Assembly: GCA_030704615.1 (NCBI GenBank)
Contig: CM060733.1
Span: forward strand, 62,434,001 to 62,498,000
Length of the DNA: 64,000 nucleotides
Direction of reading: 5' to 3'
DNA from: Takakia lepidozioides
Lineage: Eukaryota; Plantae; Bryophyta
Positions within the stretch are counted from its first letter, which is position 1, and every line of letters begins with the position of its first letter. The notes below the pieces were generated by a model, which saw nothing but the letters and a program-made list of their open reading frames with translations, had not been told where the DNA came from and ran no database searches. This document shows positions 50,835 to 61,339 of the stretch, piece after piece. The position numbers and the translations under genes were made by a program.

Positions 50835-51720
50835 CAATTTCTGAGGGTCTGGTACTTGATGTTTTGTCTGTCCTTCCATTGAGATTAGCTTCCGGTTTTT
50901 TTTTGGGGGGGGGATTCTTCTTTTGGTGTCTGTATGGACATGCCTGTTGGCAGCCGAGAATGGTGGAATGGTGTCAACAGCTTATACCTGACGAAGGGGG
51001 ACTGTTCGGGACAAATGATAATCCTCCACTCCGATAAAGGGTAGCATTCTTCTCTTGTCTGCTTCATTTCATTTTTCTGTTCACCCATCCAGAATTGAGT
51101 GCGTCAACACACTCAATTTTGAAGGGGTGAAGTTGCACTGTTCTTTTGCCCTTTTGTATGCATTCGCTCATTCGTGCTTCGTGTTGTCTTCAGTGCAAAC
51201 CCGCCTTTTTGAAGCCATCTGTCTCGTCAAGGTGCACCCTTCTTTGACTCTTGCTGCAGTGAAGGAGTTCAGGCTTCATGGGAGAGGTTGTTTCATGAAC
51301 AATTACGTGGATTCGAATGTCTGTTTGAGAAAGTCGAATGGAACACCATGGAGAGGGGCCAAGGAGAAGAGTCCAACTTTTATTCAAACTGTTATTGAGA
51401 CACGTTCCCATCTGGGGGCGTGCATCGTCGACCTGACTCTTGGAACAGGTTTGACATCTCTCATTCTGTGGTCTTTTTTCCCTTAATACACAATTTGTAA
51501 CATCTTAGTAACACAACTGTGTCTTGCAGGAGCTTCGTACCATGCTTGCAAGGCAGCGGGCCGGCATTTGTTGGGTAGAGAAGGGGATGCAGCCATTTTT
51601 ACTGAGCCTCCAAGAGTTGCAAGGGCCAATGTCTGCCGCCAAAGAGCAGGAGGCTATAGTGCATGTTGATATCAATGAGGGAGACGATAAGGACCTCGAC
51701 GACGATTTCACATGTGAGTA
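50835..51720 (+). pseudogene. DNA amino-methyltransferase (N4-cytosine/N6-adenine, beta-class) gene relic with spliceosomal introns
   Basis: Splicing the GT-AG intron 51449-51529 gives PWRGAKEKSPTFIQTVIETRSHLGACIVDLTLGTG-ASYHACKAAGRHLLGREGDAAIF. This matches the beta-class pattern KPxxLxxxLIExxSxxGDxVLDxFxGSGTTxxAAxxxGRxxIGxE (motifs X, I, II). An upstream segment QLIPDEGGLF resembles the LKxxGxL motif VI. Catalytic motif IV is not intact. Confidence 0.75.
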
Positions 51721-51867
51721 AGTTTGTTTGGTGTTCGCTTCCCAGTTATAGCATGTGCAGCCCCCCCCCCCCAATGCCTTTCACATTAGCTAATGCAATA
51801 CATGTAATTTGGGTGGCAGGATATTGGAAGCTATTCCTTTGCACGACGTCTCTGTTCATGCTCAGCC

Positions 51868-52682
51868 TCATATGTTCATGGGCACCACACAAATGCCTAA
51901 CATTGGTTATGGGTCAAACAAGAAGACAAAGCATGTGTTGCCTAGTGGTTTTGTCAAATTTTTTATGCACAATGTGAAAGACCTAGAACTCCTCCTCATG
52001 CACAACCGGTAGCCAAATTCATCTTCTAATATGTTTGTTACAACTAATGGGTATGCTTACAACTAATGAATAAGCTTGAAAATTTCAGTGCTCTCTCAGG
52101 AGAGATGAGCAGATTGTACCTCACTGGCAAGACGAATAGGTCGCATTTTCAGTCCAGTGCCGAGGGTGGTGATCTGGTGTGTTGCAGGAAGTATGGTGCT
52201 GAAATGGCTCACAATGTGTCGACACTGAAGAGGAAAGCGAAAGTGGAGTGTGCTGCACAGTGGAATGTTGCAGTATCATATGTTCATGGGCACCACACAA
52301 ATGCCTAACATTGGTTATGGGTCAAACAAGAAGACAAAGCATGTGTTGTCTAGTGGTTTTGTCAAAAAAATTATGCACAATGTGAAAGACCTAGAACTCC
52401 TCCTCATGCACAACCGGTAGCCAAATTCATCTTCTAATATGTTGTTACAACTAATGGGTATGCTTACAACTAATGAATAAGCTTGAAAATTTCAGTGCTC
52501 TCTCAGGAGAGATGAGCAGATTGTACCTCACTGGCAAGACGAATAGGTCGCATTTTCAGTCCAGTGCCGAGGGTGGTGATCTGGTGTGTTGCAGGAAGTA
52601 TGGTGCTGAAATGGCTCACAATGTGTCGACACTGAAGAGGAAAGCGAAAGTGGAGTGTGCTGCACAGTGGAATGTTGCAGTA
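51868..52682 (+). repeat. Near-perfect tandem duplication (unit about 408 bp) inside the MULE
   Basis: 51868-52275 and 52276-52682; both give the same ORF start MNKLENFSALSG (52066, 52473). Confidence 0.95.
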
Positions 52683-53556
52683 ACCAGTGGGAGAAAATTA
52701 AAAAATCAAAGATCTGTCTCAGATCTGCTGTGTTGTCTTATTCTATGTTGCTTTCATCAGTCTACCTTTCCCCAAATGGCAGACATCATGGATTAAATCT
52801 TATCATGTGCTTCATGAGGGATTTTCTTCAATTTGTGATGTTTGTGCAAACGACATTGATTGTTGTGCTTGGTTCAGATAAATGTTAGAATGACATCCTC
52901 ATTCAACATTCATCCACTCTCATACATCCACATTCATCCACAACTTTTCATCCACATTCATCCATATTCGGAGCGTGCTGACTCTCCTTCATTCTCATTA
53001 GTTCATCCACAACCATTCTTCTATATTCGGTCTCTGCAAACACAATCATTCAACAACATTCAGTATAAGCTATCTTCTGCACTTCGCCTCGTCGCCCACA
53101 TATGGTTCCCTATGTGCCGAATGCGCAAGTCAGCGGCTATAGACATCCTTCTGCCTATTCAGTCCATAGTTATAGGTCCGTGCCTATGGAAATGACTTGG
53201 CTTCACGTGACGTGGCGTCAACCACGCTGGCAAGGTCTGCTGACGTGGCGTCAGACCCGTGAGCCAACGTGACAATAACTGCTGACGTGGCGTGAGCCTG
53301 GCTGCGCTCACATGCTCACGCTCACACGCTCACGCGGAAGCATCCCCGGAGAAGCTCTTGAAGTTGGGGAAAACCCAAAGTCTGCCATTGAGGACCCTCT
53401 GGTGACCCAAGTACGGGTGGGGCGCAAGGGAATTCCTGATAAATTGCCACGTAAGAAGGAGGCGGAGGTGGGACAACAATATTGGTTGCTGGTGATGACG
53501 TCTGCTCCACTGAGAGTGCTGGTAATGGTGACAGCAGGGAATTGGCATATCAGAAT

Positions 53557-53623
53557 GTCGAGGAGGTTCACAAATCAAGAAACAGAGTATCTCGTGAAAT
53601 GGAAGGGCTATCATCAAGTGGAG
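53557..53623 (+). mobile_element. Isolated 67-bp fragment of the Gypsy chromodomain coding region
   Basis: Encodes SRRFTNQETEYLVKWKGYHQVE; closely matches 31737-31803. Confidence 0.85.
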
Positions 53624-54597
53624 ACAACATTTACAAGTGGGTCCTCCATGCCCCAACATTATAGCATCATCTGAAGTTGCATCGTCTATTTTGATCTCTA
53701 GTTACACAACCAAGTTGTGTCCAGAAAAATCTCATGAAAGACTTTGTAAAGTACTAAGGATCAGAGCTGCATTGCAGAGAGCGACTTAAAATTGTTTTGT
53801 CTGCGGTAGGTTGCAGGGCAGTCAAGAAAGAAACACAAAGTTACAGATTCGGGTACTTCTTCACATCCAAGTTTCCACCAAAAGTATGTCCATTTATCTG
53901 TAGATGTCTTCTGTTGAGTGTATATCTTAGCTCCTCATGACTTGGGACAAGTGAGTCCACCACATGGGCAAAAACTGAGGTGCTGAAACTTGAGCTAGGA
54001 CATGAAGCATGCACTGTAATGTACATTCCAGTTGAGGAGTGTCCATAGAGTAGGTAGGCTCGACCTTGCACCATGATGCCTGCTACTCATGTATTTCCTC
54101 ATTGATTCTTGCAGCTCTTGTGCTGTAAAGGGATTCAACATTGAGAGAAATGGTATGTTCTTTTACCTTCCAAGAGGCATTAGACTCACGCCTCTTGATT
54201 CTCTTGTTCGCAAGGTTCTCTTTGGCTTGTATACTACATGCATGTAAGGATGATGGCTTTGTGGTTTGGGGTTTGAGAGGAAATCTTCTGGCCCATTCAG
54301 GGTCTTGCTAATCCTCCTTTATTACCTAAGCTCTTTTGTATGTCGGAGGCGTGGGTGCAGAAAGAATCCATCTCTTGAGCTGTAGTACAAATTTAAAAAC
54401 ATTACAGCACAGGTTCTTCAGATCCTTTAAGTGCTACAGAGAGATGTTCCAAAGCTGATAGCATCACTATTTGTGCATTGAAGACATGTATAGCTTGATC
54501 AAGACATGGTTAACCAACTGATAAACTCAAGTGGTAAGAGGCTCTTGTGTGCACCAGATGAGTTACTTAACTTTAAAATTGCACAATTGTCAAGCAG

Positions 54598-55327
54598 GTG
54601 GGGTGCCAGAGCCAGGACTAGGCAAGGGTCCATCCACCCAAAAGACACTGGTTTCAGAACTAGCTTCTGATCATCCAGGGAGAAAGCCTCAAGACAGTTT
54701 GGTTAATATCACATATCATGTGTTTCTGCAAGCTGGAAAAGGTGGTCTCACAGCCAGGGAGGCTGCATCTCATATTGAAAGTCGGGGGTTGACAGGTCTA
54801 TTCCAAGGTTTGTCCAAAACCCGCATTAAAATTGGGAAAATCATTCGAAATAATCCCTACTATTTGAATATGGGGGATGGCAAATACATCTTGTGTGAGG
54901 CAATAGTTGGAGTGACTCAGCCAGTGGGCAATCCACAGCCCCATCTCCAAGAAGAGGAAACTGCAGCTACCAAAACTAAAGAACAGGAAAAACCATCATT
55001 GACACCATTGGAGGCCAGAAAAGAAGCTGTTGCCGTTGCACGAAGAATTGGGACAGCTAGATATTGGGCAAGAGTGCGTGCAAACAGCACCAAAAAGGAC
55101 CAGCACAAGAAGCTGGGTGCAGGCCTGCACAAGGAGGCAGATGCAAACCCTATGGATGTTCGGGGACTGCTGAGAGACAATCACATAGATGGACATCCTC
55201 AATCACAGGTGGAGTTGCAGAAGAATGTGGAAGGTCGGGTTGGAGTAACCTCTAAACCCCGACTGAAAGGCATGGTTAGAGAATCATGTGAGTGGACAGA
55301 TGGGAAGAACTGGCAGTGCCCCTTGCT
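54598..55327 (+). pseudogene. Exon encoding a HARE-HTH-like winged helix plus a truncated WRC-like zinc finger
   Basis: SLVNITYHVFLQAGKGGLTAREAASHIESRGLTGL..SKT..IGKIIRNNPYY..GKYILC resembles the HARE-HTH of plant RLT/HB1 proteins. CEWTDGKNWQC resembles WRC (CxRTDGKKWRC). There is a CAG acceptor at 54597; the frame runs into Gypsy 3' sequence at 55328. Confidence 0.65.
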
Positions 55328-56550
55328 GGAATCTGATTGCAAAGACTTATGTTGTACAAATCTTGTTTATAAAGAGAAACCATTTCCAAATGTTGTGTTT
55401 CATATTTTGGTTGGAATGGTGATGCATGGTGTGGTTGGCTAGTATGTAGAATACATGTGAGCTTACAAAAGTAGGGAGAGGTAAATTGGTGAACGCTTGC
55501 TCCAAGTGATGCCAAAAAGCGGCATCATGAGCGGTCGCAGACAATAGTTGTTGCAGTAATGCGATTTGATCCTTGAGGAGGATCATACCTTAGGCCAAGA
55601 GGAGTGCACTGGGTGCTAGAAGCTCCACCCTTGGCCGCGACTTGGGCCGGGGAGTCGGCCGAACTAGGTAGTGGGGAGTAAGAGTCAAGTGGGGATTTGG
55701 TTCTTTGCCATGGGACGCCATGGCACAAAAACAAACTCCTTGATGTGGGACGCCACAACTTGGATGCTAGTTTCCACAAAAAAGGACAAGTCGATGAGGA
55801 CATTGACTCCTTGTTGGTAGGGGTGTGTGTCGCGGCCCCTTGCCTTGAGGGAAGGGGGTCAGGACACAAAGGGGTTGCCCCTGTGGTGGGGGCAGCGGTA
55901 GTAATAAGAATGGGGGCTGAAGCACCCTTAAGTGCCGAAGGCACTCAAGAAGGGCGGAGGCGCTCACTAGGTGGAGCCCCGCAAACCGGGTTGCGGTGGG
56001 GGGCGCTCCACGTGGGGTGGTGGTAGCTTAGGGAGTCGTAGTGGGGGTGACATAGGACTCACCATGGGGCCGAGGCCTTGTGATGGGAGTCGTGGGGAGT
56101 CTTGGGGCTCACCACAGTCCATTAGGGCCGTGGTGGGGCCAAGACTCACCGCGACTCATCACAGGGAGTCAAGGATCTTGGTGGTGGATCACCAGAAAAT
56201 GACTTGGCTGTTTGTGAGACCCACGCCGACACCTACAGAAGTATATGTAGGGAGTAGTAACCCCAAGAAGGGTGCAAGCCCGTTGAGCAACCAAAAGCTA
56301 GTGAGCAAGAAAGCGAGTCAGAAAGCGACCAAAGTATGGGGAGCTATTCCAAACTGCCTACAACCAAAGGGAATTTTCACTGGGCCCGACTTGTCAAGGG
56401 TCCCATGGGGGAGAAAGGGGGGACCGTTATGTCCCGATGAGCAGCCAAAGCTCTGAGTTGGCCCGGCGGCCAGTTTGGGAGTTAGGCGCATGCATCAAAA
56501 GTGAGTAATTATGACTTGAAGGGGAGTTTACCAAAATGAGGTGTGCGACA
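55328..56550 (+). mobile_element. 3' part of a diverged Gypsy copy: internally deleted 3' UTR, PPT and LTR
   Basis: Homologous to 31957-33507 with a deletion of about 330 bp near 55490; LTR 55828-56550 (TGTCGCGG...TGCGACA). Confidence 0.9.
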
Positions 56551-57318
56551 CATGTGCAGATTAAACACAGACGCCCTGTAGAGTAAAAAAGTCAATTTCC
56601 CAATCCGACTCTCTTCTGCTCATGCTCATGGCCGGTCTGCTCACCGCTCATGGAAAACAATCCCCGATTGGTGATAAATCAGTAAAGAAAGATTAAGTTG
56701 TGCTACGGATTCTGGTGGGATGATGTAATTCTGAAGAAAGGGTAGAGACCACTATAATTTTCTTTACTGACATATCAAGGCTTATGAAAGGGTAACTGAA
56801 AGAAATTTATATATGATATGGGAAGAGAATAAATTTACAAGGAAAAGGGAATGAATGAAGAAGACATGGAAAAAGCTAAGCAAGAAAAGATAAAAAAACT
56901 AGAAAGATATGTAGGAGGACGGGAAGCTAGACTAAGATTAGAATTCCCAGAATTGCATAACTTTGGTATTATTACAGGAAAAACATCTGGACAAATGGAT
57001 CTTGATACTGAAAACACCACACCAAAAGGAGTTGCTAGTAACACGCTCAACGAGTGGCTACAACAGGAAAGATCCGAAGAACCTTCCACAGTAACAAGCC
57101 CAAATCGAGGTTTCACTGAATTGTTTCTCCGCCAGATTTTGTAGTCATGACTATCTTCTAGGGTTCCACTATTCTTTTTGTCTCTTATGTGCCATTTTTT
57201 GCATATTTTAGAGGCTCCGCCGTTCTAAGCTCTCTCCAGTTAAGCTCCGCTTGCCACCATGGCCAAGCAGGTCTCTTCTTACGCTGCTGCGCAACGTTGG
57301 TGCCTTGTTCTGAGCAGT

Positions 57319-60300
57319 TGTCGTGCACCTCACTTCGGTAAGCTCTCCTTCAAGTCATAGTTACTCGTTTTGATGCGCGTGATTAACTCCCAAACTGGCC
57401 GCCCGGCCAACTCGGAGCTTCGGCTGCTCACCGGGGCATAACGGTCCCCCTTACACTCCCACTCGACCTGATGGGCTCAGTGGAAATTCCCTTGGTAGAT
57501 GGCAGTCCGGAACAGCTCCCCACACCTTGGTCGCTTTCCGGCTCACACGCTTACTTAGTAGTTTTTGGTCACCAACAGGCTTGCACCGTTCTCGGGGTTA
57601 CTACTCCCTATATATAATAGGTGTCCGCGGGGGTTTCATAAACAACACAGTCTTTTTATGGTGAACCACCATCCTCAACCTTATGTGGTGAGTCGCGGTG
57701 AGTCTTGGCCCACCCACCACGGCCCCATTGGACCGCGGTGAGTCCCAAGACTCCCCACGACTCCCACCACAAGGCCTCAGCCTCATGGTGAGTCCTATGC
57801 CACCCCCACTATGACTCCCTAAGCTGCCACCCCCACTACGACTCCCTACGCTACCACCACCCTTCGTGGAGCCCCCACCACCGCAACCCGGTTCGCGGGG
57901 CTCCACCTAGTGAGCGCCTCCGCCACCTTGAGTGCCTTCGGCGCTCAAGGGTGCTTCAGCCCCCTTTCATATTCGCTGCCGCTGCCCCCACCACAGGGGC
58001 AGCCTTTCTTGTGTCCCGACCCCTCGCCCTCAAGGCAAAGGGCCGCGACGAGGGGTCGATGTCCTCATCGACTTGTCCGTTTTTGTGGAACTAACATCCA
58101 AGTTGTGGCGTCCCACATCAAGGAGTTTGTTTCCGTACCATGGGGTCCCATGGCAAAGAACCAAACTCCCACTTGACTCTACTCTCCACTAGCTAGTTCG
58201 GCCAATTTCCTCTAAGTCTCGGCCAAGGGTGGAGCCTCTCAAGCTCCACCCAGTGCACTCTTCTTGGCCCACTTCCAGGCCAAGGAACGATCCTCCCCGA
58301 GGATCGAATCGCCTTACTGCAACAACATTGCTTGCGACCGCTCATGATGCCGCTTTTTGGCATCACCTTGAGCAAGGGTTCACCTTGAACCCTTTTTGAC
58401 TAGGAAGATAACCTTGAACCAACCGTGCGCCCCAATCACTACAATTGGGTCCGATTTGGAATGCTGGCCTGAGGTACGGGAACACGCCGAAGCTGCACTA
58501 CGACTTCGTCCCGAGACTACACGATTATAGTACATGAACGGAAGCACGTAACTTCCGCGTTAGCCCGCACTACAAGGCAACCCCCTCGGTAGCGCAGTTA
58601 TGCGCACGCGCCAGGTGTGCACTAGTACGTGAACTCCCAAAGAAGGCGCAAGTTTCTTTGCCCCTTGGATGAGAGTCACCCGATTTTGGCACTGCGCAAA
58701 CACACGATTAATCCAATTTACCTCTCCCACTTTTGTAAGCTAGCATGCATTCTATACACTAGCCAACCATACCATGCATCCATTCCAAACAAAATATGAA
58801 GCACAACATTTGGAAACCATTTCATTTATAAACAAAATTTGTACAACACAAGTTTTTGCAATCAGATTTCTAAGCTAGCTAAGCCGGACTAAGCATGCAT
58901 TTCATCCCCCACGATCCAAGGTTGATGTCCCCATCAACGCTTCTTCTGCTTGTGAGGTCGTCCTTCGAAAGCTGCAACCGCCTCGGATGCGTTTCTCATT
59001 TCTAAGGCACGCACCCAAGTTGCCTCCATCATTTCACGAGATACTCCGTTTCTCGATTCTTGAACCTCCTCGACTTTAGCATTGCCTCCACCTCGTACTC
59101 AGGTTCGTTTTCATGATCCAACAGCATAGGTGGCGGACGTAACACTTGATGCCGATTTGGATGCGTTTCATCTTTGAAGTAAGGCTTCAAAAGGGAAACG
59201 TTGAATACCGGATGCACCTTGTTGTCTGCCGGCAGCTCCAATTCATACACATCCTCATTCATAACCTTCCGGATGCGAAAGGGCCCCGCATACAGAGGTA
59301 CGAACTTTGGACTCACTCGGAAGCGGATGGAAATAAGTTTGAGGCAGGCACGGAGGTCTGGTTGAACATCAAGAATTTTCGACTACCTCCGGAATGCCGC
59401 TTGTAGCGCAGCCCAACTTTTCAACACCAGAGGTGCTTTTCCGTAGACCAATACGAACGGGAAGCTCCCGTTGCGGAGTGTTTTTGTGTTATTATAACAG
59501 AACTCTGCCGCATCCAAGTGCTCCACCCAGTCCGACTGGTCTGCCGACACATAATTCCGCAAGAGTTGCTTTACCACCGAGTTCACTCTTTCCGTTTGGC
59601 CGTCCGTTGTAGGTCGGAAGGCCATGCTCAAGAAATCGCCTCTTCCATTTGCCGCTTCGGTGACACGTCGCCCCCACCGGGCTCACTAGGATCATCGTCT
59701 TTCGGGCCGTTCCACTTTCGCTTTGTCTTGCCCAACCCCATGGTGAGGCCGATCTCAAGGACGATCGCGTACTGAACTCTAAGCTCTGATACCAAGTGTC
59801 GCGCACCTCACTTCGGTAAGCTCCCCTTCAAGTCATAGTTACTCGCTTTGATGCGCGCGCCTAAATCCCAAACTGGCCGCCCGACCAACTCGGAGCTTCG
59901 GCTGCTCACCGGGGCATAACGGTCCCCCTCATACTCCTTGTCGACCCTCGACTTGTTGGGCTCAGTGGAAATTCCCTTTGGTAGATGGCAGTCCGGAACA
60001 GCTCCCCACACCTTGGTCGCTTTCCAGCTCGCACGCTTACTCACTAGTTTTTGGTCACCAACAGACTTGCACCGTTCTCGGGGTTACTACTCCCTATATA
60101 TACTTCTGTAGGTGTCCGCGGGGTATTCACAAACAACACAGTCTTTTTATGGTGAACCACCACGAAGACGCTCAACCTTCTGTGGTGAGTCGCGGTGAGT
60201 CTTGGCCCACCCACCACGGCCCCAATGGACCGCGGTGAGTCCCAAGACTCCCCACAACTCCCACCACAAGGCCTCAGCCTCGTGGTGAGTCCTATGCCCC

Positions 60301-60526
60301 CCCCCCCCCCACTATGACTCCCTAAGCTACCACCACCCTTCATGGAGCCCCCACCACTGCAACTGGGTTCGCGGGGCTCCACCTAGTGAGCGCCTCCGCC
60401 ACCTTGAGTGCCTTTGCCACTCAAGGGTGCTTCAGCCCCCTTTCCTATTCGCTGCCGCTGCCCCCACCACAGGGGCAGCCCTTCTTGTGTCCTGACCCCC
60501 CGCCCTCAAGGCAAAGGGCCGCGACA
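57319..60526 (-). mobile_element. Non-autonomous internally deleted Gypsy copy E
   Basis: LTRs 57319-58049 and 59797-60526, PBS 59783-59794, TSD GCAGT/ACAGT (4 of 5). The gag start is fused near 59630 to the integrase C-terminus, the PPT is deleted and the chromodomain is truncated (EYLVK-stop). Confidence 0.9.
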
Positions 60527-61082
60527 ACAGTTGCCCCTTTGCTTTACATGTTCTGCTCGTCATGTTTCTCCTGCTTCGCACTCTTCTCTATGGCTCTTCC
60601 TAGCTCTATTTCGTTTATTTTCCTATTGTTTTATGGGTATGTTTGGACCACGATCACTCTGCGATCCCCCTCTCGTCGAGCCAAGCGTATCTGGTTTCAG
60701 AAAAGCTACCTCGCAAGCTTGCACGATGCGCAACATCCCAACAGCCCCGTGGGCCACCCTCTATTTTATACGATTCTTCGAGGTGCAGTTTTCACTTTGT
60801 TTCTCACTCTTGCATATCAATATCAACCTGCTAGGAGGTGGAAGCTCTACCACCCGCCTCTTCTCTATCAGTTTGGGAATCATCACGAATCCATTTTGCC
60901 CGCATCAACACATCCCCCTCGGTGGATTGTTGTGACTACTCAGAGTATGTATGCAACCAACTCTATATTGCCGCCCCTCCCAACACTACATCCCAACTTC
61001 TCGTCGGGGCCCCTGGTGGAGAACAGCCTCTCGGCTGCGTGTTTATGATGGTGATAAGCTGGGAGGAGGTTACTTCTCCCAC

Positions 61083-61114
<32 letters not shown>

Positions 61115-61339
61115 TATCAAGTCTCGCAGTTTCATACGGTGCAATGTACTCTAAAGGCGGCACACCGGAACAGGCCTTCTCCACCTCCAATGGAGAAACC
61201 ACTGCAAAGGCATCTTTCTAACCTACATCATGGCAACAAGCAGTGTCACTTTGATCCCGTGGAGCAGGCTACGAATGCGGATCATACGTCAACCCACTTC
61301 AACTCAAATTCCACCCTTCTCCACGGAGCATACTCACCT

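Larger units (their letters stand above)
47157..53347. mobile_element. Mutator-like DNA transposon (MULE), 6.19 kb, carrying two divergent decayed genes
   Basis: Perfect 9-bp direct repeat GGAGAAGCT at 47148-47156 and 53348-53356. Termini GGACATGACTTCCGCGTGAGCGTG and (reverse complement) GGGGATGCTTCCGCGTGAGCGTG. Subterminal GCGTGA, GACGTGGC and CTATAGCCG motifs occur at both ends. Confidence 0.85.

Noticed and set aside
50352-51120. CRISPR-like spaced palindromes
   Set aside because: Spacing is irregular (about 145-280 bp), the repeats are diverged, the context is eukaryotic and there are no cas genes.
60386-61048. 220-aa hydrophobic ORF
   Set aside because: It starts inside an LTR. Rejoining the empty site to the ATG at 57259 gives an early stop, and no family was recognised.
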